Part shown: piece by piece, positions 54,864 through 64,000 of the stretch
Layout: every line of letters begins with the position of its first letter
How positions within the stretch are numbered: position 1 is the stretch's first letter
Virus record (IMG/VR): IMGVR_UViG_3300044898_000031
Location: 1-64,000 of that record
Source: a virus
Taxonomy: Duplodnaviria; Caudoviricetes
DNA: 64,000 nucleotides
Reading direction: 5' to 3' (one strand)
Program-made: the position numbers and the translations under genes
Notes under the pieces: model-generated
The model's database searches: none
Seen by the model: only the letters and a program-made list of their open reading frames with translations
What the model was told of the DNA's origin: nothing

Positions 54864-56563
54864 TATTGTATATTAAATGTTTTGCTCAAAAAGTCAAACC
54901 TGTCTTGTGCACTAAGCGCCTTAAAATCAGGGCTATTTATCAGTTCTTTAAAATCATCCTGCATTTTGTCAAATTTATCAGTTTTTATCTTACTATTTCC
55001 CTTGATGGCATCATAAGGGATTGCTGCTGGCTGATACTCTGTCTTCCCTTTTTCATTTTTTACTGGCCTGTCCCCATATACCCACGGTGAAAAATTGATC
55101 TTATTCAGCTGATTTGATTTTATCAGGTTGGTTAATTGCTCTTTTGACATCACGGCACCATCCTTACTATCTGAAAAAGTTGGCTCCATCTTTATTGCCC
55201 CTGCGGTAAATTCAAAAGGCTGCGTATTTTTTATTACGTGTCCTGTTTTTATATCTACATAGCTTCCCGGGGTCGTCATTACCTTTGTTTGAGGAAAGTT
55301 CTGTGAAAATAAAGTAGCCCCTTGTTTGGGTACGACAAAGCTATTAGCCAAGATTGGTTTATCGAGATCGTCATCTATACCATTTAATTTCTTTTTGTAA
55401 CCAACAATTTTAGGCACAACCTTACCATTTTTATCTATATTCTGTGAGATAACAGGGACAGTGCTTTCCTGATTGCCAAATACAACATCACCGCCATCAT
55501 TCTTATTCTGCTTATCCTCAAAGTCTTTCTGCGCCCGGTTTTCCTGATTATAGGCAAAATCAGGTACGTCCTCATTCTTGATATTGGCTTTTGTCCTTGC
55601 CCGGTCAACATACTCTTTTATAATGCCATTATAAGCCTGCTTGCCCTGAAAGTCTCGTTGTGACTTCTGCTGTAATAATGCCTGATAACGCGGGTCTTGG
55701 TAACTGGTTATTCCTGCCTGTACCAATCCCTGTTGCCCTTGTGGGTTATTCCGGAAAAATACATCGTTGATATGGGTAATATCATCCAAATTATCAGGCA
55801 GGCCTTGTGCCTGCTGTGGTGTTAGCCCTGTCTTTTGCTGTATATATTGCTGACCTCCCGGTGTTGAAGCATAAAGGTTAGCCCCGTTACGTGCTGTGGC
55901 CTGCGGCATAAACTGCTTGCTGACTATTTTATGACCGCTTTTGGTAACTATCGTATTTTCAGGGGTCATTACAGGCTCCGCTTTACTCAATACGGTCGTT
56001 TCAGGATTAAACGCTTCGCTCACATAAGGCGCCTGCAATCCTTTGTCAATAATGTCCCTTAATTTATTTTTAGTATAAAAATCATGCATATTCTGTATTG
56101 CAACGGGGTCAAACTGCCCGGCAGGGCTTTCAGCTACTTTCTTATCCTGCTCCAAAAGGTGGTCTTGCAGTTGCTTTCTGACATCCTGCATATTGTATAA
56201 ATGGGCGCGGTCGCTCATATACTGGTCATGGGCTGCCATCTGCTGAGGGTCGTTGGGATTAGGGTTATAAATATCGATCCCCTGTTTGGCGTAATCACTC
56301 CCCTGCTGTATGTGCTTTTGCTGCAAAGCCATCAGTTCATTATTGAACAGTGTGCCATTGGCTGCCTTAAACGCATTTTCCTTATATGATTTTGCTAAGT
56401 CCTGCGCTTGTTTTTGTTTATTAGCGGCATTTAACTGGTCTATCTTCTGATTATAGTCAATCGTGTCCAATAGCCTGTCTGCTGCCTGCGAGCCTTGCGG
56501 TAATATATACGCGGCACCTGTTCCCGCTTCACCTAATGGTACTGAATTGTAGCCGTCTGCCAT
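54863..56563 (-). CDS. Internal virion (ejection) protein 2 (start revised)
   Basis: Q/K-rich helical; TAATG coupling. Confidence 0.7.
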   Translation of the reverse strand: MADGYNSVPLGEAGTGAAYILPQGSQAADRLLDTIDYNQKIDQLNAANKQKQAQDLAKSYKENAFKAANGTLFNNELMALQQKHIQQGSDYAKQGIDIYNPNPNDPQQMAAHDQYMSDRAHLYNMQDVRKQLQDHLLEQDKKVAESPAGQFDPVAIQNMHDFYTKNKLRDIIDKGLQAPYVSEAFNPETTVLSKAEPVMTPENTIVTKSGHKIVSKQFMPQATARNGANLYASTPGGQQYIQQKTGLTPQQAQGLPDNLDDITHINDVFFRNNPQGQQGLVQAGITSYQDPRYQALLQQKSQRDFQGKQAYNGIIKEYVDRARTKANIKNEDVPDFAYNQENRAQKDFEDKQNKNDGGDVVFGNQESTVPVISQNIDKNGKVVPKIVGYKKKLNGIDDDLDKPILANSFVVPKQGATLFSQNFPQTKVMTTPGSYVDIKTGHVIKNTQPFEFTAGAIKMEPTFSDSKDGAVMSKEQLTNLIKSNQLNKINFSPWVYGDRPVKNEKGKTEYQPAAIPYDAIKGNSKIKTDKFDKMQDDFKELINSPDFKALSAQDRFDFLSKTFNIQ

Positions 56564-57366
56564 TATGTTGTAGGATAACGTGAGTAAAGGTCTTTCCAAC
56601 CCGTGAATTGTGGTACTTGTCCCCCTTGACTATCTGAATAAGGATTTTGAGGTTGCTGTGCCGGGGCTGTTGCAAATATACTTTGCATGGGCTTTGCATT
56701 TCCTACCCCCTGATTGCTTAAATCCGTTGTGACGTGTTTAGGGTTCAAATAGCCGGATAATACGCTTGCCCCTGTGTCAATGGCATTATATTCATTGGTA
56801 TTGCCTGCCTGTGTAAGTGCTGCCTTTTGCCTTAATAACTGGTCATACTGCTGCCTGTCATAAGCGTTCTTGTTTTGATACTGCTGCCCTGCTGCTGCAT
56901 TGGCATCGAGGTAAGTGCCCAACATGCTATCTTTTCCTTGCTGCTGCGCTGCGGTTAGCTGCTGCTGTGCAACATTTTTACCATAAGCCAGCTTTGCTGC
57001 TAAGTCGGCTACATCCCCACCGCTCGAAGCGCCCTGTACCCCCTGCGTATAGGCATTCTCAAAATTGTTATTTATATTGGATTGTGCCTGTGTCTGTCCG
57101 GGAAGGGTGTAATTATTATATCGGTCGCTTACGATACGCTGGTTATTAATAATGCCTTGATTAAGCTGATAGCCGGGGTTGACAGGGTTTATTTTATTCG
57201 CCTGTGACTTTTGTGAAGCACCTGAAAATAGCTTAAATAAAGATGGCGCAAGCCCGATAACACCACCTACAACAGCGCCTGCTGCTGTTCCAACACCGGG
57301 AATAACAGACCCAATTGTTGCACCTGTGGCTGCGCCCGAACCTGCTGCTCCGAAATCTAATCCCAT
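56563..57366 (-). CDS. Internal virion (ejection/pilot) protein 1
   Basis: G/A-rich hydrophobic N-terminus then Q/N/A-rich helices. Confidence 0.75.
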   Translation of the reverse strand: MGLDFGAAGSGAATGATIGSVIPGVGTAAGAVVGGVIGLAPSLFKLFSGASQKSQANKINPVNPGYQLNQGIINNQRIVSDRYNNYTLPGQTQAQSNINNNFENAYTQGVQGASSGGDVADLAAKLAYGKNVAQQQLTAAQQQGKDSMLGTYLDANAAAGQQYQNKNAYDRQQYDQLLRQKAALTQAGNTNEYNAIDTGASVLSGYLNPKHVTTDLSNQGVGNAKPMQSIFATAPAQQPQNPYSDSQGGQVPQFTGWKDLYSRYPTT

Positions 57367-57396
57367 ATTACAAATATATTAATTTAACGCCCTTAA

Positions 57397-58335
57397 TTAT
57401 TCACCGCCATTATAGCTATAATTTTGATTATCTGTCATAAAATCCATACTCACTATCCTTACAAAAGTATTGCTGTCATTCCTGATCGTTACCTGCATTA
57501 TTTTGCCCTGTAATTCCGCTCCGTTAAACAAGGCTTTTACCACATCGGTATAACGAGGGTCTGTCATATCCCTTAAAAAGTCGGCAAAGTAATCCCCCTG
57601 TAATTGCTTATAATTCCCCTTTTTCAACCTCGACTGCTGCCCGTTTGGTTTCCCCTCATACGGTAAGATAAATATATCCCCCTGATTTGGTGAACCCCAT
57701 ACGGATGAGGCTACCTGACGGGCTGAAAAGAAGTTTTTCACTACCTGATCGTCCACGTTTACATAAAAGGTTATTTCAGACTCATACTGCACCCCATAAA
57801 AGTTATTATATACCGAGCTATCATTGTTTTTCCAAAGCTGTCCATTTTTAAAGCTAAATAACTTATCCCCATACCTGATGCTGTTTTCAGGCTCTAAAGA
57901 ATAGTAAGTTGACCACTTCTTAAATTTCTCGCAAAAAGCTAATGTCTGTCCGTTATCGGGATTAAGTAAATGGATGGCTATTTCAAAGGCACTTATCCTT
58001 AATGAGCCATCAGAGTAAAACTGGATATTAGGATTCCCGTCATAGGTAAACGTCTGTTCAAAGTTTACCACGTTCCCGGTTTGTGGCGTGCCATTTACTG
58101 CTCCGAATATCGGGTATACCTGCCCTGACACATAATTATCAACGGTATAAGTCAAATCGTACTGTTGCCCTGTTATTAGCCCCAATTGCGTCAGGTCGCC
58201 TTTATAGCTTACCAAGCCGGGATTGCAGGGGAAGTGCTGCGCAAAGCCTCCGCTTATTACCCATCCGCTGTCTGAGAAATCAGAAACAGGGTCTACATAT
58301 CCCATTTGCCCGACTATCATTGATATACTTCCCAT
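57397..58335 (-). CDS. C-terminal part of muzzle/stabilization protein with N-terminal beta-sandwich (start revised)
   Basis: TLAFCEKFKKWSTYYS...LFSFKNGQLW...YNNFYGVQY...VKNF. Confidence 0.65.
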   Translation of the reverse strand: MGSISMIVGQMGYVDPVSDFSDSGWVISGGFAQHFPCNPGLVSYKGDLTQLGLITGQQYDLTYTVDNYVSGQVYPIFGAVNGTPQTGNVVNFEQTFTYDGNPNIQFYSDGSLRISAFEIAIHLLNPDNGQTLAFCEKFKKWSTYYSLEPENSIRYGDKLFSFKNGQLWKNNDSSVYNNFYGVQYESEITFYVNVDDQVVKNFFSARQVASSVWGSPNQGDIFILPYEGKPNGQQSRLKKGNYKQLQGDYFADFLRDMTDPRYTDVVKALFNGAELQGKIMQVTIRNDSNTFVRIVSMDFMTDNQNYSYNGGE

Positions 58336-58685
58336 TATACTCCTCCTCCTGTTGCTCCTGTTGCCGGAATAGGGCACGAAGTCGTATTAAAAACTGGTGC
58401 TACATAATAGGTATTAAGTACACGGTCAGTAAGCAACGTCCATGTACCTGCTATTTTCTTAAATAAAGTATCGTTGGGCTGATTATACCAAATATCCCCA
58501 TCAGAACCTCCAATGGGTGATATATTACTATTGGCATTATAGGTAATAGAAGTCCCATCCGGCACGATTGCCTGTGGTGATATTTGCTGAATATTAGGCA
58601 TAATCAGTCCATCAAGGGCGCTGTTATCTAAATAGATACCTTCTAATATTGTCCATCCCAAATATCCACTATTTACTAATGCCAT
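58335..58685 (-). CDS. Small structural protein within the split muzzle locus
   Basis: NSGYLGW.ILE...YVAPVFNTTSCP motif. Confidence 0.55.
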   Translation of the reverse strand: MALVNSGYLGWTILEGIYLDNSALDGLIMPNIQQISPQAIVPDGTSITYNANSNISPIGGSDGDIWYNQPNDTLFKKIAGTWTLLTDRVLNTYYVAPVFNTTSCPIPATGATGGGV

Positions 58686-58687
58686 AA

Positions 58688-61600
58688 TTATGTTGGATCA
58701 AGTTCTACAATTATTGGTGTTTGTACCCCTGTTTGCGTAATAGTCAACCCCATATTCGAAACAGTATATGGGGTTATAGTACCATTTGAATCTACCCTTA
58801 GCACACCCACGCCCCCATCCGTACTGGGTAAAATCTTCACATTGACCGAATACCCTGTCCCGGATGCAATAGTACCCGATACCGATGTACCTGCTAATAT
58901 ATTAGTTCTACTATAAACTAATGTTGCCCCTTTGAATACTTTTACAAAAGCAATATTAAAATCAGTAGTTGTATTATTAATACTTATTGTTGATGTTGGC
59001 GGGATTGGCGGTACAAACGGAATTTGTAAACAATAAGCCGAAGAATCACGCATCTTGTACCCCTTCTGCCTGATGGCAGGATAACTTACAGTGATGCATT
59101 CATTCTTAATAGTCGTAAAAGAGGAGTCAGGCAATTGAAGCTTATAAGTAAAACTGTCCGTACCCACAAAGGTAGGGTTCATGGTAATCTCAAAATTACC
59201 CGTAATCCCATTATAAACCACATTCCCGTTTACGGGCTGTGTCACTACTATTCCTGTGCTGTTATTCGGATTAATATCCTGCACTGTTGACCATATATTT
59301 GAATTAAATCCCCCGTTGAATAAAACCTCGATATAAGGCAATATAGTCCATAGGGCTTCATCATTCTCCCGGTCAAACCCTGATAGCAACTGAAGCCCAT
59401 ATTGCTGTACAATGGCTAATAAAGCCCTGCAAGCTTTGTCAAAAAAATATATAGAGGAAATAGCATCGCTTCCGTCGCCTGCTATTCTTAAAAACACTCC
59501 TGAATTGGCAGAAGCCAGATACATATAATTCCCGTTCGATGTCCAGCTTTCAGGATTATTGCCTATGCCCCCCTCCCATGCAAAATACTGCATCTGATTT
59601 AGCAGTTTTTCGGTTGATGCTAACAACGTATTGCCATCTGCTCCTGTAGTAAGCTGGTTATTTACCAATATATAACCACTCTTTAGTTCCTTAAAGGCAT
59701 ATAAACGCGCCTCCCTGAACTTGGTAAGCTGTATCACGCCGTACGGGTCATCATAATCCTCCCTTGATGCACTGTCGAAGTCATTCAATCCATTGACTGA
59801 GGTATCCTGTATATAATTGTTGGAATAGCGCACCCGTGAGCCAAACAACTTCTTCCCCAATCCCAAGTCCTGCGGGTACACCCTGCCAGTATCATGCATA
59901 TCGGAGAAGTAAAAGTCTGAAAAATTAGGGTCAACGGCCTTGTTTACCGTTACCTGAGTACCGGGAAAGATCGTATTGGTCGGGTATTCCCTGTTTCTGA
60001 TATAAGCATCTCCGTTTATTACACTCATTAAAGCAGGCGCAATAGCAGACTGATTTTGAACATTTGCAGCATGATAGGCATTTGCTGTTCCCCAGTTGAT
60101 TATTTCAAACTTTTGTCCGAAGTCATAGAATATCTTGTAATCGGTGGATATAGCTGCTGCCTGCGGGGTGTATATCTCCACAATGGAATTAGGAAGTATC
60201 GTTATCCCGGTCGGCTTTGCTATCCTTATCGTTCCCCTGCGGTCAATAAGTACAAAATTAGGATATGTTACTACGGTCGTGGGTGAGGACGTATTATCTC
60301 CTACAATGGGTTCATCGAGAGCGTATGTATTTGCTCCGGTATCTACAGTCACAATTAACCGCTCATTGCCATTAATCTGTATATTAAACCCTGCCTGATC
60401 TAATCTAACAGGTTTTGTAGGAGTTACTATTGTTGACCCATTAACCGTTATATTGGAATTTACCAATTCAGTGGTCTCTGTGCTATAACTTAATATCTCC
60501 GTGTCGTAATATTGATTATATAGATTTCCTGTAGCTGTATCTAAAACCGGGCGCAGCCTGTCACCACGCGTAAACTCATAAGTTAAGATTGAGTTTGGGT
60601 GCAGTTTATTATAAGTAGGCAGGCTGCCTATCGCCAAGTCAAGGTATTCACCGTCCCCTATGGTTCCGGGGTCTTGTTCAATCACCTGCTGTATAAGCGT
60701 CCAAATAAAACTGGCAGTATCAGGTGTTCTCACTAATTTCCAGTATTTGGCCCACAACGGGGGTTGGTGGTTAATGGTAATGGTGTGCACAGGGCGCTGA
60801 AAGTCACCGTTGGTATTTAATCCTATTTCGGTAATAAAGGGTGTTCTTACAACGCTTGTCGGGGAGGTATATGCCAAGCTTTCCCTTCCGTCATCATCCA
60901 CATATACAAAGCCGTAATTTCTTACAGTGCCATATTTTACAAGATTAAAGGATGTACCGTCATCCTTAAGGCTTTCAAAGGAAACAGGGGTAACACTTCC
61001 TGAAAAAACCGTTTGGCTTGATTTCCACTTCCCCAAGTAACCATAATCCCAGTGCACAGTGCCTGAGCCGTCCGTACCCTCGTTTGATATGGCATTGGGG
61101 TTCGAGGGATACCCACGCCCTATGCTACGTAAAAACTGTTTGATCTGCGCAGCAACCGTTTCGGCAGTATCATTGCCATTTGCCGTATAGGTGAAAAAAT
61201 AATTATCCTTATCGCCTGCCGACCCTGAAATATTTAAAGGGTCAAGTATCTCATTGCTCGTTGTACTACCTCCGTTGGTGCCGTAAATATTATATACGTT
61301 TCCTTTTTTTACATCAAAACCTATCGTAAACCTATAGGTAGGGTTATAACGAACCACCACAAATAATTGCTGCTTTTCCTTGTTTACAGAAACAAGGGTA
61401 ACGGTAATAGAGGGGTTGTTAAGTTGATTTACCGTGCCAGCAGGAATAAACAGGTCGGTAAAGGTACAGGCTACGCTTGCATCCACCAGTACACTGTCAA
61501 ACCCCTCCTCAAAATTGGTGTAGGTCATCGCATTCCTTACGAATGCCTGACATTTAGGGACACGCGGCAAATAACTATACAGCCTGTTTATCTTATTTTG

Positions 61601-62545
61601 GTCGGTATTGGAGTATGATCCATCGTTATAAAAGTTCCATATATAAGTTGATAGATCGGGTATGCTCAGTTCATCTTTATTCAACAACTGGCAGACAACA
61701 AAGTCTGTGATCTGTATTTCCCCTACGGCATTTATTTGGTTATTATTAACCTTAACTGCTATCTCTATTTTCTTTACCAGTGAACTGCCTGTGGGTACTG
61801 GTAAAGCAATGGCATTATTCGTATTGGTAATCCCTGCTATGCCTAAATAACTTTGACTTGAAGGAAGCGGAACAACCGACCAATCACACCAGTTTGACAA
61901 TTCGCCATCATCATAATGCCACCGTACCGTGAATTTAAAAAGGTTGGCATACAGGTTATTGGTATTTCTTGAAGTATCGGTAATATAATAAGGTACAGGG
62001 GCGAATATCGCTGTTTGCTTATAGGCGGTTATATAGTCCTCGTAAATGGCAAACCCATAGCCATTGACAGACTGATCCATCATTTTTGATATATTGAATT
62101 TACGGGCTTTATTTAAGCCATCAGTCCAGTATATCAGGTTACCCGCAATAATGTCTGTGTGTAAAATCAGATAATTGGGTGAAAACTTTAAAATATCAAT
62201 CCCATTACTTTGTGTAACTGACTGAAAAACACTTATTACCTGATTGGTGATGTCATTATACAGGAAAATAGTATGAAGGGATGTATCGTTATAGACAAAG
62301 AAAAAAAAGCGGTTATTAGCTTCATCGGGGTAAGAACCTATTGTTCTGTTATTTCCTGACGGAAGTGGTGTAGTAATTAACGTGGTGCCTTTTACATTGG
62401 TGATAACCCCTAAATTGCCAAAAGAAAAATAACGGCAGTTGAGCATATACCGAGCCTTTGTATTGCTGAGATATTCAGGACTTGTATCACTGTCCATCCC
62501 ATCAATGAAAACATGCTTACTATTCTTTTTTTGTGGTATAGCCAT
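58688..62545 (-). CDS. Muzzle/tail stabilization protein (P22 gp10/crAss muzzle-like), N-terminal part plus Ig-like C-terminus
   Basis: GMDSD...NCR; WTDGLNKARKFNI; SNNYIQDTSVNGL..F...DDPYGVIQ; GIGNNPES. Confidence 0.75.
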   Translation of the reverse strand: MAIPQKKNSKHVFIDGMDSDTSPEYLSNTKARYMLNCRYFSFGNLGVITNVKGTTLITTPLPSGNNRTIGSYPDEANNRFFFFVYNDTSLHTIFLYNDITNQVISVFQSVTQSNGIDILKFSPNYLILHTDIIAGNLIYWTDGLNKARKFNISKMMDQSVNGYGFAIYEDYITAYKQTAIFAPVPYYITDTSRNTNNLYANLFKFTVRWHYDDGELSNWCDWSVVPLPSSQSYLGIAGITNTNNAIALPVPTGSSLVKKIEIAVKVNNNQINAVGEIQITDFVVCQLLNKDELSIPDLSTYIWNFYNDGSYSNTDQNKINRLYSYLPRVPKCQAFVRNAMTYTNFEEGFDSVLVDASVACTFTDLFIPAGTVNQLNNPSITVTLVSVNKEKQQLFVVVRYNPTYRFTIGFDVKKGNVYNIYGTNGGSTTSNEILDPLNISGSAGDKDNYFFTYTANGNDTAETVAAQIKQFLRSIGRGYPSNPNAISNEGTDGSGTVHWDYGYLGKWKSSQTVFSGSVTPVSFESLKDDGTSFNLVKYGTVRNYGFVYVDDDGRESLAYTSPTSVVRTPFITEIGLNTNGDFQRPVHTITINHQPPLWAKYWKLVRTPDTASFIWTLIQQVIEQDPGTIGDGEYLDLAIGSLPTYNKLHPNSILTYEFTRGDRLRPVLDTATGNLYNQYYDTEILSYSTETTELVNSNITVNGSTIVTPTKPVRLDQAGFNIQINGNERLIVTVDTGANTYALDEPIVGDNTSSPTTVVTYPNFVLIDRRGTIRIAKPTGITILPNSIVEIYTPQAAAISTDYKIFYDFGQKFEIINWGTANAYHAANVQNQSAIAPALMSVINGDAYIRNREYPTNTIFPGTQVTVNKAVDPNFSDFYFSDMHDTGRVYPQDLGLGKKLFGSRVRYSNNYIQDTSVNGLNDFDSASREDYDDPYGVIQLTKFREARLYAFKELKSGYILVNNQLTTGADGNTLLASTEKLLNQMQYFAWEGGIGNNPESWTSNGNYMYLASANSGVFLRIAGDGSDAISSIYFFDKACRALLAIVQQYGLQLLSGFDRENDEALWTILPYIEVLFNGGFNSNIWSTVQDINPNNSTGIVVTQPVNGNVVYNGITGNFEITMNPTFVGTDSFTYKLQLPDSSFTTIKNECITVSYPAIRQKGYKMRDSSAYCLQIPFVPPIPPTSTISINNTTTDFNIAFVKVFKGATLVYSRTNILAGTSVSGTIASGTGYSVNVKILPSTDGGVGVLRVDSNGTITPYTVSNMGLTITQTGVQTPIIVELDPT

Positions 62546-63288
62546 TATCTTGGAGAAGATTTATACATGGATTGTGCTGTATTGGCCATAAATAAGGCTG
62601 TTCTGTAATTGTAGAGCCTTTTTAGGCGATTATATTCCCTTTCATAAGATTGACGGTTATACTCCGATAGTTGAAGATTTCTATTTAAATACCACTCAGC
62701 CAAAGCATAATATTTAAGGCAGTTCCATTGCTCTACGGGGATTAAGGTAAGCCCGTCTTCTACGCCTGAGCTTTTGTATTCTACCACAATTTCTGCATCT
62801 ATAGGTAGTAAACTGCCAATATAAATCTCACCTAATTTTCTATTGATATTATAATAACCATTACAGTTAAAGTTTCCGCCTACTCCGTAAAGCTCGCCTA
62901 ATCCCGTAGCCGTAAAAGGGTAGTTATAAAAAAAATACTGGTCTCCGTAAGCTCCCCCATCCCAAATACAGTTTAATGCTTGGTCTGTCTGCTCCTGCGT
63001 AAGCGTTTCCCGTGTGATGCTTGTATCCAACGTCATCACTGCTATTATGCCATTTCTCTTAATTCCTATCTTGGTCTCAAATACAAAATCATCGGGTAAT
63101 TTAACCACATTGTCATATTCCAGTACCGCAGTTTTTACGCAAAATTCCTGATCTACATATAGATGTAATTCCCTGTACCCTGCAAGTAGTTTGCGCATAA
63201 TGCTGAATTTGAACCTGCTGGTTGAATCCGACAAATCGACACATAAATCATCAGCAATAGTTTCTATGGGTACGAGTGCTTTTGACAT
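62545..63288 (-). CDS. Tail ring/adaptor protein
   Basis: VKLPDDFV motif; position upstream of muzzle. Confidence 0.6.
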   Translation of the reverse strand: MSKALVPIETIADDLCVDLSDSTSRFKFSIMRKLLAGYRELHLYVDQEFCVKTAVLEYDNVVKLPDDFVFETKIGIKRNGIIAVMTLDTSITRETLTQEQTDQALNCIWDGGAYGDQYFFYNYPFTATGLGELYGVGGNFNCNGYYNINRKLGEIYIGSLLPIDAEIVVEYKSSGVEDGLTLIPVEQWNCLKYYALAEWYLNRNLQLSEYNRQSYEREYNRLKRLYNYRTALFMANTAQSMYKSSPR

Positions 63289-63289
63289 A

Positions 63290-63904
63290 TTATGAAGCGT
63301 TTAAGTCCTGTTTATTTACATCCACATCTGCGGGTTGCTGCCGTTGTGCTGAGAAATGCTGCACGCACAAATCTATTACATCAGCCTCTAACCCTGCTGC
63401 TATAGGTAACTCATCATTATCGGTATACTGGCTGGGGTCAAGAATTACTATAGCATTTACAGTAGTGGCAAATTTAGTTACGTTCCAAAGTTGTACGGTC
63501 TGTCCCATTTGCAGGAAAAGCCTCGTATTGGGAAATACATCTTTGTAATAATTGATCATGCTTACCTCCCCGTCCTGCACAGGTGTGTAAGTATTTCCAA
63601 AGTCGTCCTGTAAATTCCTTATTCCCTGATTTCCGGCAAACTGCAAAACTACTTTCGGCAAGGTAATAGTAGGTATACTTCCTGTCCTTGATATTGTCAG
63701 GTTGGGGAACGAGGTATAAAAATAGCTTGGGAAGTCCCTGTTATACTCCTCTTTTTTGTTCGTAAAGTAAAATTTGGTGGTGGCGAAGTTCAAGGCGATA
63801 GGCAGATACGCCCGTATATCAGCACGTTGCACAGCGGAATCATCGGTCAAATTTCCGCCATTTACTCTTAAAAGAATTAAATCTACCAATTTTCCCTGCA
63901 ACAT
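63290..63904 (-). CDS. Tail ring/adaptor protein
   Basis: Synteny; helical-beta-helical layout. Confidence 0.55.
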   Translation of the reverse strand: MLQGKLVDLILLRVNGGNLTDDSAVQRADIRAYLPIALNFATTKFYFTNKKEEYNRDFPSYFYTSFPNLTISRTGSIPTITLPKVVLQFAGNQGIRNLQDDFGNTYTPVQDGEVSMINYYKDVFPNTRLFLQMGQTVQLWNVTKFATTVNAIVILDPSQYTDNDELPIAAGLEADVIDLCVQHFSAQRQQPADVDVNKQDLNAS

Positions 63905-63905
63905 G

Positions 63906-64000
63906 CTATATTACCTCCAAATACTTATTAATAAGTCCATTTTCATTTAAAAAATTGATATATGCGTCCCTTGCATCTTCCTCTTTTTTAAACCTACCTA
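63906..64000 (-). CDS. C-terminal end of AP2-domain protein (likely HNH-AP2 endonuclease), truncated
   Basis: ...LGRFKKEEDARDAYINF... Confidence 0.55.
   Translation of the reverse strand, partial: GRFKKEEDARDAYINFLNENGLINKYLEVI

Noticed and set aside
1-64000. Stop-codon reassignment as in some crAss-like phages
   Set aside because: Genes tile densely with code 11 and show tight stop/start coupling; the only in-frame stop noticed is a single TAA
1-64000. Integrase, att sites, IS elements, reverse transcriptase/DGR
   Set aside because: No recombinase, transposase or RT motifs, and no template/variable repeat pair noticed

Overview
The whole window looks like most of the genome of an AT-rich Bacteroidota podovirus-like (pro)phage. 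The host is probably Sphingobacteriaceae/Chitinophagaceae-like, inferred from TAnnTTTG promoters, Q-rule signal peptides and a DUF4373-like initiator. The genetic code is standard. Layout: (1) 1-8.5 kb, minus strand: a glycan-modification cluster (up to seven glycosyltransferase-like genes, a SAM methyltransferase, an O-acetyltransferase) interrupted by HNH and GIY-YIG endonucleases and preceded by a pseudoknot-like leader. (2) 9-15.5 kb, minus strand: replication genes (primase-helicase, initiator, NinB-like, RepL-like). (3) A ~700-bp divergent non-coding region. (4) 16-37 kb, plus strand: small early/middle genes plus Rad52-like, SSB-like, GHKL ATPase, ASCH-like and RusA-like genes. (5) 37-64 kb, minus strand: late genes (ring/adaptor proteins, an apparently split muzzle, three ejection proteins, hub-like proteins, tail fibres, membrane proteins, GH24 lysozyme, holin). 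Terminase, portal, capsid and integrase are not in the window. The most striking observation is that the tail fibre and three nearby late proteins carry Sec signal peptides. The fibre's N-terminal half is also densely loaded with the Bacteroidota O-glycosylation sequon D-[S/T]-[A/I/L/V/M/T]. This suggests a periplasmic, glycosylated route for virion receptor-binding proteins, possibly linked to the phage's own glycan cluster. All family assignments are from motif recognition by eye; no searches were run.
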